The position numbers were made by a program, and so were the translations under genes. A stretch of 64,000 nucleotides of DNA. It comes from Candidatus Hecatella orcuttiae (GTDB lineage Archaea; Thermoproteota; Bathyarchaeia; Hecatellales; Hecatellaceae). The stretch spans positions 320,001 to 384,000 of the forward strand of contig MTLY02000002.1 of assembly GCA_002011035.2 (NCBI GenBank), given 5' to 3'. Below, in pieces: positions 27,123 to 35,844 of this stretch (its first letter is position 1; each line of letters starts with the position of its first letter). Under the pieces are notes generated by a model. That model saw only the letters and a list, made by a program, of their open reading frames with translations. It made no database searches and was not told the origin of the DNA.

Positions 27123-28223
27123 TTGAAGACCATCATCTTAGCCGGCGGCTACGCCACTAGGCTGAGGCCTCTGAGTATCACGCTGCCTAAACCCCTTTTT
27201 CCCATCCTCGACAAGCCCATCCTCGACTGGATGATGGAAGGCCTAAGCCGGGCAGGTTTGAAGAACATCATCCTCTCCATCCGGTATTTTGCAGAGGAAA
27301 TCATGGGAAGATATAGCACCGGCCTTGACTTCGGCGTAGACGTTCGCTACGCTCGCGAGGTTACCCCTTTAGGGGATGCAGGTCCTCTGCGTCTGATCCA
27401 CAGCCTCTACGGGCTGGATGAAACTTTCATGGTGGTTAACGGAGACATCTTCGGAAACATCGACTTCCAAGCTGTGGTGGATTTCCACCGAAGAAAGGGA
27501 GGGATCGCCACCGTTCTGCTTACCAAAGTTAAAGACCCCGGGCACTACGGCGTAGCTGTACTCGACTCGGAGGGCAGGATCGTGAAATTCGTGGAGAAGC
27601 CCAAAGCCAGAGAGGCGCCTTCCAACCTAGCCAATGCAGGGGTTTACATCTTCGAACCAGAAGTCTTGAAGTTCGTGCCTGAAAATGCGAGGATGAAGCT
27701 GGCCGCGGAGCTGATGCCGCAGCTACTTTCCACTGGAAACGTTTTCGGCTGCATTCATGAAGGCCTGTGGACGGACATCGGTAACCTTTCAGCTTTCCTC
27801 CAAGCCAACTTCGATGCCCTGAAACTTTACCGCCCTGAGGGCTATGTAAGCCCCAACGCAGAGGTTCACCCCGAAGCCGAGCTCCTCCAACCAGTTTACG
27901 TCTCCCACGCTGTGAGGGTGGACGCTTACTCCAAGGTGGGCCCCTACGCCGTGCTAGGCCGGGACACCACTGTGGGAAAAACCGCCAGGGTCTACCGAAG
28001 CGTCCTGTTTCCCTCCGCCTTCATCGACACCGGAGCCTTGGTGAAAGGCAGCATCGTGGGTAACGGTGTTGTGGCTGGGAAATGGACTACCTTCAGTGAG
28101 GGAGTAGTAGTGGGGGGCGACGTCACAGTAGCCGACGAGGTCACCCTTGCCTCCGGCGTCATCGTTTTCCCCTACAAAGAGCTCACTGAAAGCGTGGAGG
28201 AGCCGGGAAAGATCATCGTTTAA
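27123..28223 (+). CDS. NDP-sugar pyrophosphorylase (second paralog)
   Basis: LAGGYATRLRPL...PKPL, NGD, FVEKP, LbH domain. Confidence 0.9.
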   Translation: MKTIILAGGYATRLRPLSITLPKPLFPILDKPILDWMMEGLSRAGLKNIILSIRYFAEEIMGRYSTGLDFGVDVRYAREVTPLGDAGPLRLIHSLYGLDETFMVVNGDIFGNIDFQAVVDFHRRKGGIATVLLTKVKDPGHYGVAVLDSEGRIVKFVEKPKAREAPSNLANAGVYIFEPEVLKFVPENARMKLAAELMPQLLSTGNVFGCIHEGLWTDIGNLSAFLQANFDALKLYRPEGYVSPNAEVHPEAELLQPVYVSHAVRVDAYSKVGPYAVLGRDTTVGKTARVYRSVLFPSAFIDTGALVKGSIVGNGVVAGKWTTFSEGVVVGGDVTVADEVTLASGVIVFPYKELTESVEEPGKIIV

Positions 28224-28237
28224 CATGTTTTCTTTAA

Positions 28238-28256
28238 ACCCCCCTTTCCACTGGAA
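28238..28256 (-). promoter_or_regulatory. Distal ORB-like Orc1/Cdc6 binding site
   Basis: Minus strand TTCCAGTGGAAAGGGGGGT, intergenic. Confidence 0.55.
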
Positions 28257-28312
28257 GAAAACCGAGGGAATTCCAACCATCCCAGGAAAGCAAGCGCCGC
28301 GACGGGCCTCAA

Positions 28313-29044
28313 TTGATGCTATGGGTTTTTTTGGGACTGTGTCAGAGGGAATTTTACATGGGCGCGAAAACCTCTAAACGGCGGGGGAGAGAGCCTCCCC
28401 ATTCCTCAGGACTCTCCTTCCTTGAGGTAAAGGAAGAAAAGCAGAGGCTTAGGCGTAGAATCTGGAGGCTGCTGGAACAACGCCAAGCGGCATTATTTCC
28501 TTTCCCCGTTTGGGGGAGGATGCCCAACTTCGTAGGCTCGGATGTCGCTGCTGAAAGGCTCCGCCAGCTAAAAGAGTGGGCTGCTGCTTCGGTTGTTTTC
28601 TGCAACCCCGACTACGCTCAAAAACCCGTCAGGGAAAGAGTCCTCAAGGACGGGAAAGCTCTGCTCATGGCTACGCCTAGGCTTAAGGCCGGCTTCCTTT
28701 TCATCCCTCCAAGGGACGCAAGAGGCAGGGAAAGCTACCTAGCCACCATCAAGGGGGCCTTCCGCCACGGCACCGCCCTTCCACTGGAGCGGGCTCCGAA
28801 ACCCGACTTGCTGGTCACTGGCTGCGTGGCGGTGGACTTGGAAGGCTTCAGGCTTGGAAAGGGCGGCGGCTACGGGGACAGAGAAATCAGAGAGATTCAG
28901 GAAAGGTTCGGCAGGATTCTCGTGGTCACCACCGTCCACGACTTACAAGTGGTGGACAAGGTTCCAGTGGAAAAGGGGGATGTGAAAGTCGACATCATCG
29001 TAACCCCAACTCAAACCTACCGGGTTGACGGGAAGGAAAGCTAA
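28313..29044 (+). CDS. 5-formyltetrahydrofolate cyclo-ligase family protein
   Basis: PNFVG, NPD..Q, TPRL, RLGKGGGYGD, VHDLQ, DIIVTP. Confidence 0.88.
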   Translation: MMLWVFLGLCQREFYMGAKTSKRRGREPPHSSGLSFLEVKEEKQRLRRRIWRLLEQRQAALFPFPVWGRMPNFVGSDVAAERLRQLKEWAAASVVFCNPDYAQKPVRERVLKDGKALLMATPRLKAGFLFIPPRDARGRESYLATIKGAFRHGTALPLERAPKPDLLVTGCVAVDLEGFRLGKGGGYGDREIREIQERFGRILVVTTVHDLQVVDKVPVEKGDVKVDIIVTPTQTYRVDGKES

Positions 29045-30126
29045 GCTAAGCCGGCCTTTTCTTCTCCAAGCTTCTTCCTCACCGCCTCCACTAAACCTAA
29101 GGTTCCCGCCATCATGACATCGCCCCCAGGGTAGGCGAAGTGCACCTTTAAACCGGAGTCTTTCAGCATCCCCCGCCGGGGCCCTGTGGCTGCGACCAGT
29201 TCTAGGTTCTTAAACCCTCGAGGCGAGGAGATATAAAAGGCTCCGTGACCGCCGTCAGCTAGGACTTCTTCGGATGTTAACCTCCCCTCCGCCAAGTTCA
29301 CTGCGAAGGTTTCCAGTTTAGAAGGCGTCAGCAGGGAAGTGTGATGCTCCATCAGCCCCAGCACAGTGCCTTTATCCACCACCGCCATGATGGTGTGCGA
29401 GTTTCCCAAGTTCATGGCCAGCACACAGTCAGCGAATTTGACGGCTTCATCTTGAAGACAGCCTAAAACAGCCGCGGGCACGCTGTCCATGACCCATACA
29501 CCGATGTTTGGCAGCTGCCGTTTAGCCGCCTTGACTCCCGACTTCATCCTATAGTAGCAGTCGGGAATTCTGTCTTCAGAAAACATAAGGCTGGCAAGTG
29601 AAGGATCCTTCAAGAGAGGCTCCCTCATTTTTTTCAGCCTAAACTTGTTTCCAGCTTCCCCTCTTGGGGGAACCCCGTGGTCCTGCACAGCCAAGGCCAC
29701 AGCGTCTAGGTTCTCTAGTTTTTCTCCGAAACTCTGCAAGAACAACGCTAAGGCTTTTATGTTCACTTCTTGAGTTTCAAGACGGGGACCGTTCCAAGTC
29801 TCGGGGGCTTTGCTTAAAACTTCCACCCCCAAACGCCTAACCCTGTCTAGGTCGTTGTAAAAGGTGTAGGCTGCAGCCTCCGTGGCGTAGAAACGATATC
29901 CCTGCTTCAAGAAGTCTTTCACCACACCTGTTAAGGCGCCACCGCCTACTGTGTCTCCTGTGATGAGAAAGCGCCGCCCTTTCTCCGCCAAGGCTTTTAG
30001 TTTTTCAGCCAAAATCCCCGTTGGGCTTGGAAGCACCAGTTTGATGCAGTTCTCCAAGTTTTTGTTAGAGTCGTAGAGTAAAATGTCCTCCGTCCCCGAA
30101 CCGATGTCTAAAGCCAGAATTTTCAA
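29041..30126 (-). CDS. DUF1786-like ASKHA-fold protein
   Basis: LALDIGSGTEDIL, PSPT, AVQDHG, NLGNSHT, EHHT, DGGHG, PGGDVMM. Confidence 0.75.
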   Translation of the reverse strand: MKILALDIGSGTEDILLYDSNKNLENCIKLVLPSPTGILAEKLKALAEKGRRFLITGDTVGGGALTGVVKDFLKQGYRFYATEAAAYTFYNDLDRVRRLGVEVLSKAPETWNGPRLETQEVNIKALALFLQSFGEKLENLDAVALAVQDHGVPPRGEAGNKFRLKKMREPLLKDPSLASLMFSEDRIPDCYYRMKSGVKAAKRQLPNIGVWVMDSVPAAVLGCLQDEAVKFADCVLAMNLGNSHTIMAVVDKGTVLGLMEHHTSLLTPSKLETFAVNLAEGRLTSEEVLADGGHGAFYISSPRGFKNLELVAATGPRRGMLKDSGLKVHFAYPGGDVMMAGTLGLVEAVRKKLGEEKAGLA

Positions 30127-30208
30127 GGCTTAACCTCCCCGCCGCGGGGAAGACTGTTCAAAAAGCTAGGGGGCGCTCAGAGGTTAAAGAAGGTTTCCCA
30201 GCCGCTGG

Positions 30209-31414
30209 CTATTTAATGAATCCTTTGAGGTGTAGGTCTTCTCGGAAAATTCTTTCCAAAGTGCTGAAGGGCACTTTTAAACGGATTTTTTTAGTCCGCC
30301 CATAACGTCCTAGGCTGGCAATTTTGGCATTAACCGCCCCCAGCATGTCCAACTCGTTCAGGAGGCCGCTTATCCTCCGCTGAGTCAGGGCTTCAACTCC
30401 AATCCTCTGAGAGAGTTCCTCATAAGCCTCATAAAGTTCTCCAGAAAAGAGGCCTTCTCTCGCCGTCTGCTTTTTTTCGTAGAGCACAAAAAGAATTAGC
30501 TTAGAATGAAGGGGGAGAGAGTTTAAAACCTCCAAAACCCGGTCATGTTCTATCTTCCTCTGCGCATCTCGCACATGCTCCTCCGTCACTACACTGGCGC
30601 CGTCCCTCTCAGCCACTTCCCCAGCAACCCTTACCAAGTCGAGAGCCCGCCTTGCATCCCCATGCTCAGCGGCAGCAAGGGCTGCACAGAGGTTCAGTGT
30701 AGCGGAGGGAAGACTTCCGTTGCGGAAGGCCAACTTTACCCTCTGTTGCAGAATATCCCGAATCTGCTCAGCGCTATAAGGTTTGAAGACCATTTCCTCT
30801 TCGCTGAGGCTGCTGAGGACTCTGGCGTCTAACATGTCCTTGAAATAGAGGTCGTTAGATATGCCTATGGTGGTGAGGCTGCTGGATTTCAGCTCTTCGT
30901 TGATGCGGGTTAACTTGTAGAGCAACCGGTCTCCATGTTCTTTGACTAAAGTGTCAACTTCGTCCAAAGCAACGATAAAGGCGCAACGAGCATCGTTTAA
31001 TCCTTCTTTAAACCTGTCCAAGGCTTCTGCCACTGAAAGCCCAGTGAAGGGAATGCTAACTCCTACAGCTGAGCACATGTTTGAAACTACTCTATACTCG
31101 GTTCCTGCTGCTCGGCAGTTTGTGTAACAAATTCTCACTTTTTCCCCCCTTTTTTCGCTTTTTTTAACCAATCTCTCCAGAACATACCTTGTCACCGCCG
31201 TCTTTCCTGTCCCAGTTTTACCGTAAGCAAAAAGATTGGAGCATTTCATTTTTTTAAGGGAAGGAGCAAGGATGGAGGCAAATCTTAATATTTCTTTTTC
31301 TCGGTGAGGGAGTTCTTTCGGTACAAAATCATGTCTCAAGACTTCCCTGTTTACAAATATTGAAGATTCACCTGCATATTTTTCGAAAAGCTGCTCTAGT
31401 TTATCTACAGACAA
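30209..31414 (-). CDS. cdc6: Orc1/Cdc6 replication initiator
   Basis: LPHRE, GKTGTGKT, LDEVD, GDARRALD, C-terminal wHTH with GRYGRT; TTG start at 31414 preferred (the ORF extends to 31513). Confidence 0.96.
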   Translation of the reverse strand: MSVDKLEQLFEKYAGESSIFVNREVLRHDFVPKELPHREKEILRFASILAPSLKKMKCSNLFAYGKTGTGKTAVTRYVLERLVKKSEKRGEKVRICYTNCRAAGTEYRVVSNMCSAVGVSIPFTGLSVAEALDRFKEGLNDARCAFIVALDEVDTLVKEHGDRLLYKLTRINEELKSSSLTTIGISNDLYFKDMLDARVLSSLSEEEMVFKPYSAEQIRDILQQRVKLAFRNGSLPSATLNLCAALAAAEHGDARRALDLVRVAGEVAERDGASVVTEEHVRDAQRKIEHDRVLEVLNSLPLHSKLILFVLYEKKQTAREGLFSGELYEAYEELSQRIGVEALTQRRISGLLNELDMLGAVNAKIASLGRYGRTKKIRLKVPFSTLERIFREDLHLKGFIK

Positions 31415-31530
31415 TGCCTCGCCTCTAGAACTTTCTCTAAAACAGCGAGAGACAAAATAAATGGTTGACTTAAGAAAAGAAGACATGAAACACAAAAAGA
31501 ATAGATTAGACATAAAAGATTAACCAGTAC

Positions 31531-31797
31531 ACCCGCCGGTTTCCACTGGAAAATAAGTTAGGTGCCCAGAAAAAATATATTACAAATGCCAAAAGATACC
31601 TCATACGGTTTATCTTTGTTTCAGATATAAAATTACTCAACCAAACTTTTAATGTTAACCTCAATTTCTCTGTAACAACATCACTTCTTAGAAATTTAAC
31701 TTTTCCAGTGGAAACATAGGGGTGGAGCAGGCGATATAAGTTCAAATTAAAACCGTTCACAAAATATAATATTTCAACCCCCTTATTTCCACTGGAA
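31531..31797. other. Replication origin (oriC) with three ORB elements and an AT-rich unwinding region
   Basis: ORB1 (-) 31531-31551 TTCCAGTGGAAACCGGCGGGT; ORB2 (+) 31703-31723 TTCCAGTGGAAACATAGGGGT; ORB3 (-) 31777-31797 TTCCAGTGGAAATAAGGGGGT; directly upstream of cdc6. Confidence 0.9.
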
Positions 31798-31966
31798 AAG
31801 GAAGATACGGCCTCTTAAAGGATATTTTCCTTAGAAAAGGTTGTGAAAAGGTGAAAAGAAATTTTTCTTTAGAAACTCCAATTTCTAAATTTTTCCCATA
31901 CGATCCCTGTTTGACTTCACAATTAAATTTATTACATTGTGAAGAGAAGTAAGTGAAGGACAGACG

Positions 31967-32377
31967 TTGGAATTGAGAAAGGTAAAAGTGGAGGTCGAAG
32001 ACATCAAAGGAAACAAGTACACCTTCACGGTTAGTTCTCCCATAAACCGAGATAAAATAATCAAGTTCATCGACCTAGTAGAAATGATGGCCGGTTCTTT
32101 GGAAATTAAAAATCCCTCCTCCTCAGACACGAAATTTGAAAAAATCCTCCAAACCGTGAAAGAACACTATCCTTTTCAATGGTTTACATCCACTGAAGTT
32201 CAGTTAGCTTATGAAGAAAAATTTAAGGAGCCCATAAGCCTCAGCACCGTTTCCACCTACCTAAGCAGGTACTGGGAACAAAAAATTCTAACCCGCGAAG
32301 GCTCTCCAGCCAGTCTTCGGTATAGACTTAACCCTGAGGTTTTAAATTCAGCACCGAAACAAGAACGTAGTGGCTAG
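31967..32377 (+). CDS. Winged-helix DNA-binding protein adjacent to oriC
   Basis: FTSTEVQLAYEE...ISLSTVSTYLSR....ILTREG...YRL wHTH pattern. Confidence 0.75.
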   Translation: MELRKVKVEVEDIKGNKYTFTVSSPINRDKIIKFIDLVEMMAGSLEIKNPSSSDTKFEKILQTVKEHYPFQWFTSTEVQLAYEEKFKEPISLSTVSTYLSRYWEQKILTREGSPASLRYRLNPEVLNSAPKQERSG

Positions 32378-32380
32378 AAT

Positions 32381-33100
32381 TCAGAGAGGCTCTTCTTTAA
32401 CAGAAAACTCAAAACTTTTCCTGATCCTTTCACTTAAACTATAGCTGAAAGGTATTACATCAGTGTTTCTAACCACATAACCTTCTCTGTAAAGTTTTTT
32501 CATTAACCTCGCTGCGTGCTCCCGTGTTTTGCCGATGACCTCTCTAATTTCCGGAGCTGTTTTAGGGCCGCTGCGGTACAAAACTTTTAGGACAGCCATC
32601 TCTGTGGGGGTTAAGCGAGCGATGGAGACGTTTCCCCCCTCTAGCGTTGGACTCGGCTCCTCCAAACGTGGAGTCAAGCCTCGCATTTTTTTATCTTGGG
32701 CATTAACCTGCTGTTCAAGCTGGATACGCTTTTCATCTAGGGCAGATAGTTTATCGTTATGGACTTTCAATATTTTTGCGAATTTTGTCTGAGCGCGGAA
32801 GAGCTCTTTGATATTGGCGGTTAATGCTGATAACGTTTCCCTCTCAGCTTCATGGAAAGATTGAAGGCGGTTTAACTCTGAAAAGGAAGCTTCAATTCTG
32901 TGCAGAGCATAGGAGACACTCTCCTCAACTTTAGCCATCTTCTTACTTAACTGAACTATGGAAAGCTGAACCAAGTCGCTTAACTCCCCTAGAGAACTCT
33001 TTTTAGGCCTTCTGAATAGAAGCAGTGCGAGAAGAAATCCGAAGGCCGCTGTAAAACTCAACAAGCCTAGAAAAAACACTTCTCCGGAAAAAACCGTCAT
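32381..33100 (-). CDS. Membrane-anchored coiled-coil protein with C-terminal wHTH
   Basis: N-terminal TM (aa ~8-29) followed by RRPKK, ~100-aa heptad region, LTPTEMAVLKVL...TAPEIREVIGKTREHAARLMKKL..EGYV.R. Confidence 0.8.
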   Translation of the reverse strand: MTVFSGEVFFLGLLSFTAAFGFLLALLLFRRPKKSSLGELSDLVQLSIVQLSKKMAKVEESVSYALHRIEASFSELNRLQSFHEAERETLSALTANIKELFRAQTKFAKILKVHNDKLSALDEKRIQLEQQVNAQDKKMRGLTPRLEEPSPTLEGGNVSIARLTPTEMAVLKVLYRSGPKTAPEIREVIGKTREHAARLMKKLYREGYVVRNTDVIPFSYSLSERIRKSFEFSVKEEPL

Positions 33101-33118
33101 GAAATCTCACTCACCCTC

Positions 33119-33499
33119 TCACATGTGACCTGAAGAAAATCACAGAAATAATCACCTGTGACCTCTTCAACTGCATAATTCCCACCTGATATCACAAGTG
33201 ATGCTTTTGTAAGCAAGCACATCACATTTGACCTGACATTCATTCAAAAAATTATTCTCTTTATCAGGATTTAAACCTTGTGATTCCACCTACAAATCAT
33301 GTGACATCACGTTTATATGATAATTTTTCATTAAAAAGGAGTTATTCGGTGAAAAGAAGCTTATTTTTAGGGCTAAAATTGTTTTTAAACAATAATATAA
33401 GTTTTTATGTTAAGACATCACATGTCAAGTCACAGCTGATGTTTATTTATGATTTCAGGCGGTCACGGCATCACATGTAATCTGTGACATCACGTTTGA
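33119..33499. repeat. Array of TCAC-N2-GTGA palindromes and half sites
   Basis: TCACATGTGA 33119, TCACCTGTGA 33152, TCACAAGTGA 33192, TCACATTTGA 33222, TCACATGTCA 33418, TCACAGCTGA 33430, TCACATGTAA 33471, TCACGTTTGA 33490; 15-mer TGTGACATCACGTTT at 33300 and 33483. Confidence 0.85.
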
Positions 33500-33993
33500 T
33501 ATTTCAATGACTTGGGAGAAGTCAAAGTATTTAGGGCTTTTTCCAAGGCCTCCCTTACAGAAACAATGGTTGCGGCTCTTTGAAGTTCGTCGGAACTTGA
33601 TGAGGACTCTTCGCGGACTTGTCTATGTAAATCTAAATAGTCCTTCAGTCTACTGGACAATTCGATGTATTGTTGGAAGGCAGGCAAGTCGAAGATCCCC
33701 AGGGAGCCCAGTAATAAAAACGTGTATATTGACTTTATTATGTTTTTCTGAGCTTGTTTCAGGGTTCTATTGAAAGAACCTTTACTAATTTTTCCTTTAA
33801 TTCTAAAATAAGTTTTTTCTTCAGTTATCATTTTATTTCCAGATAAATATGGAATTATAGTGTCTATTAGAAACGTTTCCAGCTGCGTTTTGGTTAAATG
33901 ACTGTTTTTAAGTAGAATATCAGTGATGGGGTCTTGGTCGAGGTTTCTTAGCCATTTTTTGAATTCTTCAGGGTCCTTTAATTCCACGCTCAA
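33490..33993 (-). CDS. Putative HTH DNA-binding protein (Tfx/HTH_10-like)
   Basis: SHLTKTQLETF...KISKGSFNRTLKQAQKNI. Confidence 0.65.
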   Translation of the reverse strand: MSVELKDPEEFKKWLRNLDQDPITDILLKNSHLTKTQLETFLIDTIIPYLSGNKMITEEKTYFRIKGKISKGSFNRTLKQAQKNIIKSIYTFLLLGSLGIFDLPAFQQYIELSSRLKDYLDLHRQVREESSSSSDELQRAATIVSVREALEKALNTLTSPKSLKYQT

Positions 33994-34132
33994 GGAAACA
34001 CCCTGAAAGAATACGTTTTTGTATACCAGTATTTAAATCTTCCCGCAATCATAAGGTCTAAGGTTCCAATTTTTGGAGGCTTACCATACCTTTAGAAGCT
34101 AGGTGAGCAGGGAAACCCAGGCTTTCCGGAGG

Positions 34133-35428
34133 CTAAACAGAAATCTTGGCGGAAAAAGGCTTACCGCCAAAGGTTTTTTCACAGACTTCCGCAACTTTTT
34201 CACGGAATTGCGGCAAGGTATAGACTCTCACAATGTCCATAAACTGGGTTAGGGATGCTAAAAGAGGAGAAAGCTCCGTGGCTTTTTGAACAATCACACC
34301 CGCAGGGGTCTTCCGGTAGACGAGGATGTCTGACCGCTGCCTCTCCACTGGGTTGATGGGTACGGAAAGAACTTGAGGGACGTCGATGACGATGAAGTCC
34401 GGGTCAACTCCGGTTTTTTCCCCGATTTCAACCTCAACCTCGCGGCGGATGTTAGGTTTGTTGAGGAGGTTGGAAAAGAAGGTGTCTTTTCTGAATATGA
34501 TAAGCTCGTAGGTGCTCTTCAGAAGCTTTCTGCTGCGAACCCCCAAAATATATTGGTAGGCTTTCTGAAGCTTTTGGTCGACTTCCTTCTTGAGGGAGAG
34601 CAGTCCTTCTAGGACTTTACCGTCGTCCAATCGGAGAAACTCCTCCACGTCTTTGAAGGAGGCGAGGCCCAATTTTTCGCAGGCAAAATCCATGGCCCTT
34701 GCAATCATAACATTAGTCGCCCGCACTGTTCGGTGGAAGTAGACAGTGTTAAACATTTCCATCCTAGCGATGATGAAGGATTCCAAGACGCCGAAAGCCC
34801 CTGAACCGTCGGCCATCAGCCTCTTCTCTATCAACTCTAGGGATGAGATAAGCCGCTGGGCATCCACCTTTCCATATTCCACTCCAGCGAAGTAGGAGTC
34901 CCGAGCCAGATAGTCCATGATGTCTGCGGAAAAGTGGCCGGCGATAACCTGGTTCAGAAAAATTCTCTCCGTACGGTCTAAATGTCCTGTGGAAAGCTGA
35001 GCTATCTCTTTCTTGGAGAAGCCATGACTGGAAAGGATGTCCCCGATTTCGCTGCTCTCAATCACCCACTGGGTGAGGTCTTCGTGAGTTTGATGGCGGT
35101 GCTTTTCGAGGATTTCTTCGTAGACATGGGAGAAGGGGCCGTGGCCTACGTCATGAAGCAGCCCTGCTAGACGGACTTTTTGAATTTCCTCCTCCGAAAT
35201 GTAGCCCTTTTCGGCGAGATAGACTCCCAGCATGCCTGCCAAGTGCATAACCCCGAGGGAGTGGAGGAAACGGGTGTGAACGGCGCCAGGGTAGGTTAGC
35301 TCAGCTCCTGCCAGCTGCTTGATGTTCCTCAGCCTCTGGACGGGGGTGGAATCGATGAGCTTCTTCTCCACTTCTGTGAATCGGATGTAACCGTGGACAG
35401 GGTCCTTGATTTCTCCAACTCCTTTCAA
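34133..35428 (-). CDS. HD-domain phosphohydrolase (SAMHD1/dNTPase-like)
   Basis: DPVHG, QRLRNIKQL, HTRFLHSLG, LLHDVGHGPFSH, DYL.RD, VYFH. Confidence 0.9.
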   Translation of the reverse strand: MKGVGEIKDPVHGYIRFTEVEKKLIDSTPVQRLRNIKQLAGAELTYPGAVHTRFLHSLGVMHLAGMLGVYLAEKGYISEEEIQKVRLAGLLHDVGHGPFSHVYEEILEKHRHQTHEDLTQWVIESSEIGDILSSHGFSKKEIAQLSTGHLDRTERIFLNQVIAGHFSADIMDYLARDSYFAGVEYGKVDAQRLISSLELIEKRLMADGSGAFGVLESFIIARMEMFNTVYFHRTVRATNVMIARAMDFACEKLGLASFKDVEEFLRLDDGKVLEGLLSLKKEVDQKLQKAYQYILGVRSRKLLKSTYELIIFRKDTFFSNLLNKPNIRREVEVEIGEKTGVDPDFIVIDVPQVLSVPINPVERQRSDILVYRKTPAGVIVQKATELSPLLASLTQFMDIVRVYTLPQFREKVAEVCEKTFGGKPFSAKISV

Positions 35429-35446
35429 TGGAAGGATCAGTTTAAC

Positions 35447-35809
35447 TCACCTGAAGTGAATGCTGGTTTTCGAATTTCCCATGCTCTTAACGAGGTTCAT
35501 CAGCGTTCGACCTGCTAGGGGATCGTTTTCTTGGGGGATAAACACCGAAGCTAGGGCGGTCTTGCCCCATTTGGCTGCCAAATATTCCGCCAAAACCCTA
35601 GCGAGGTGGGAGTTCTTATAGCCGAGGAGAAGGCTTGAAGAATGAGGCGCGGAAGGAGGAATGGGCGGGGTTGCCACGGCTAGGGTGCCCAGTTTAGTTT
35701 TCTCCCCTTCGAAAAAGAAGCTTAGGATAGCGTTGTCCAGTTCGAAGATGTAGACTGAAAATTTTCTTCCTTCCAGCTCCACTGTTTTGCTTAGGGCTTG
35801 GGGGAACAT
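35447..35809 (-). CDS. Hypothetical protein, possibly proteasome assembly chaperone (PAC4-like)
   Basis: KLGTLAVATP...SSSLLLG...LAEYLA......ASV pattern; ATG 35809 with SD GGAGTG. Confidence 0.5.
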   Translation of the reverse strand: MFPQALSKTVELEGRKFSVYIFELDNAILSFFFEGEKTKLGTLAVATPPIPPSAPHSSSLLLGYKNSHLARVLAEYLAAKWGKTALASVFIPQENDPLAGRTLMNLVKSMGNSKTSIHFR

Positions 35810-35844
35810 CACTCCTTTAATCTCCAAGAAATCCTTAAAACATT

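Noticed and set aside
31415-31760. N-terminal extension of Cdc6 and ORF 31506-31760
   Set aside because: They run through the AT-rich origin and promoter; a TTG with SD at 31414 gives a normal Cdc6 N-terminus
33119-33499. CRISPR array or the 66-aa ORF 33280-33480
   Set aside because: Repeats are 10-15 bp, degenerate and irregularly spaced, with no cas genes; the ORF is AT-rich and motif-free and overlies the array
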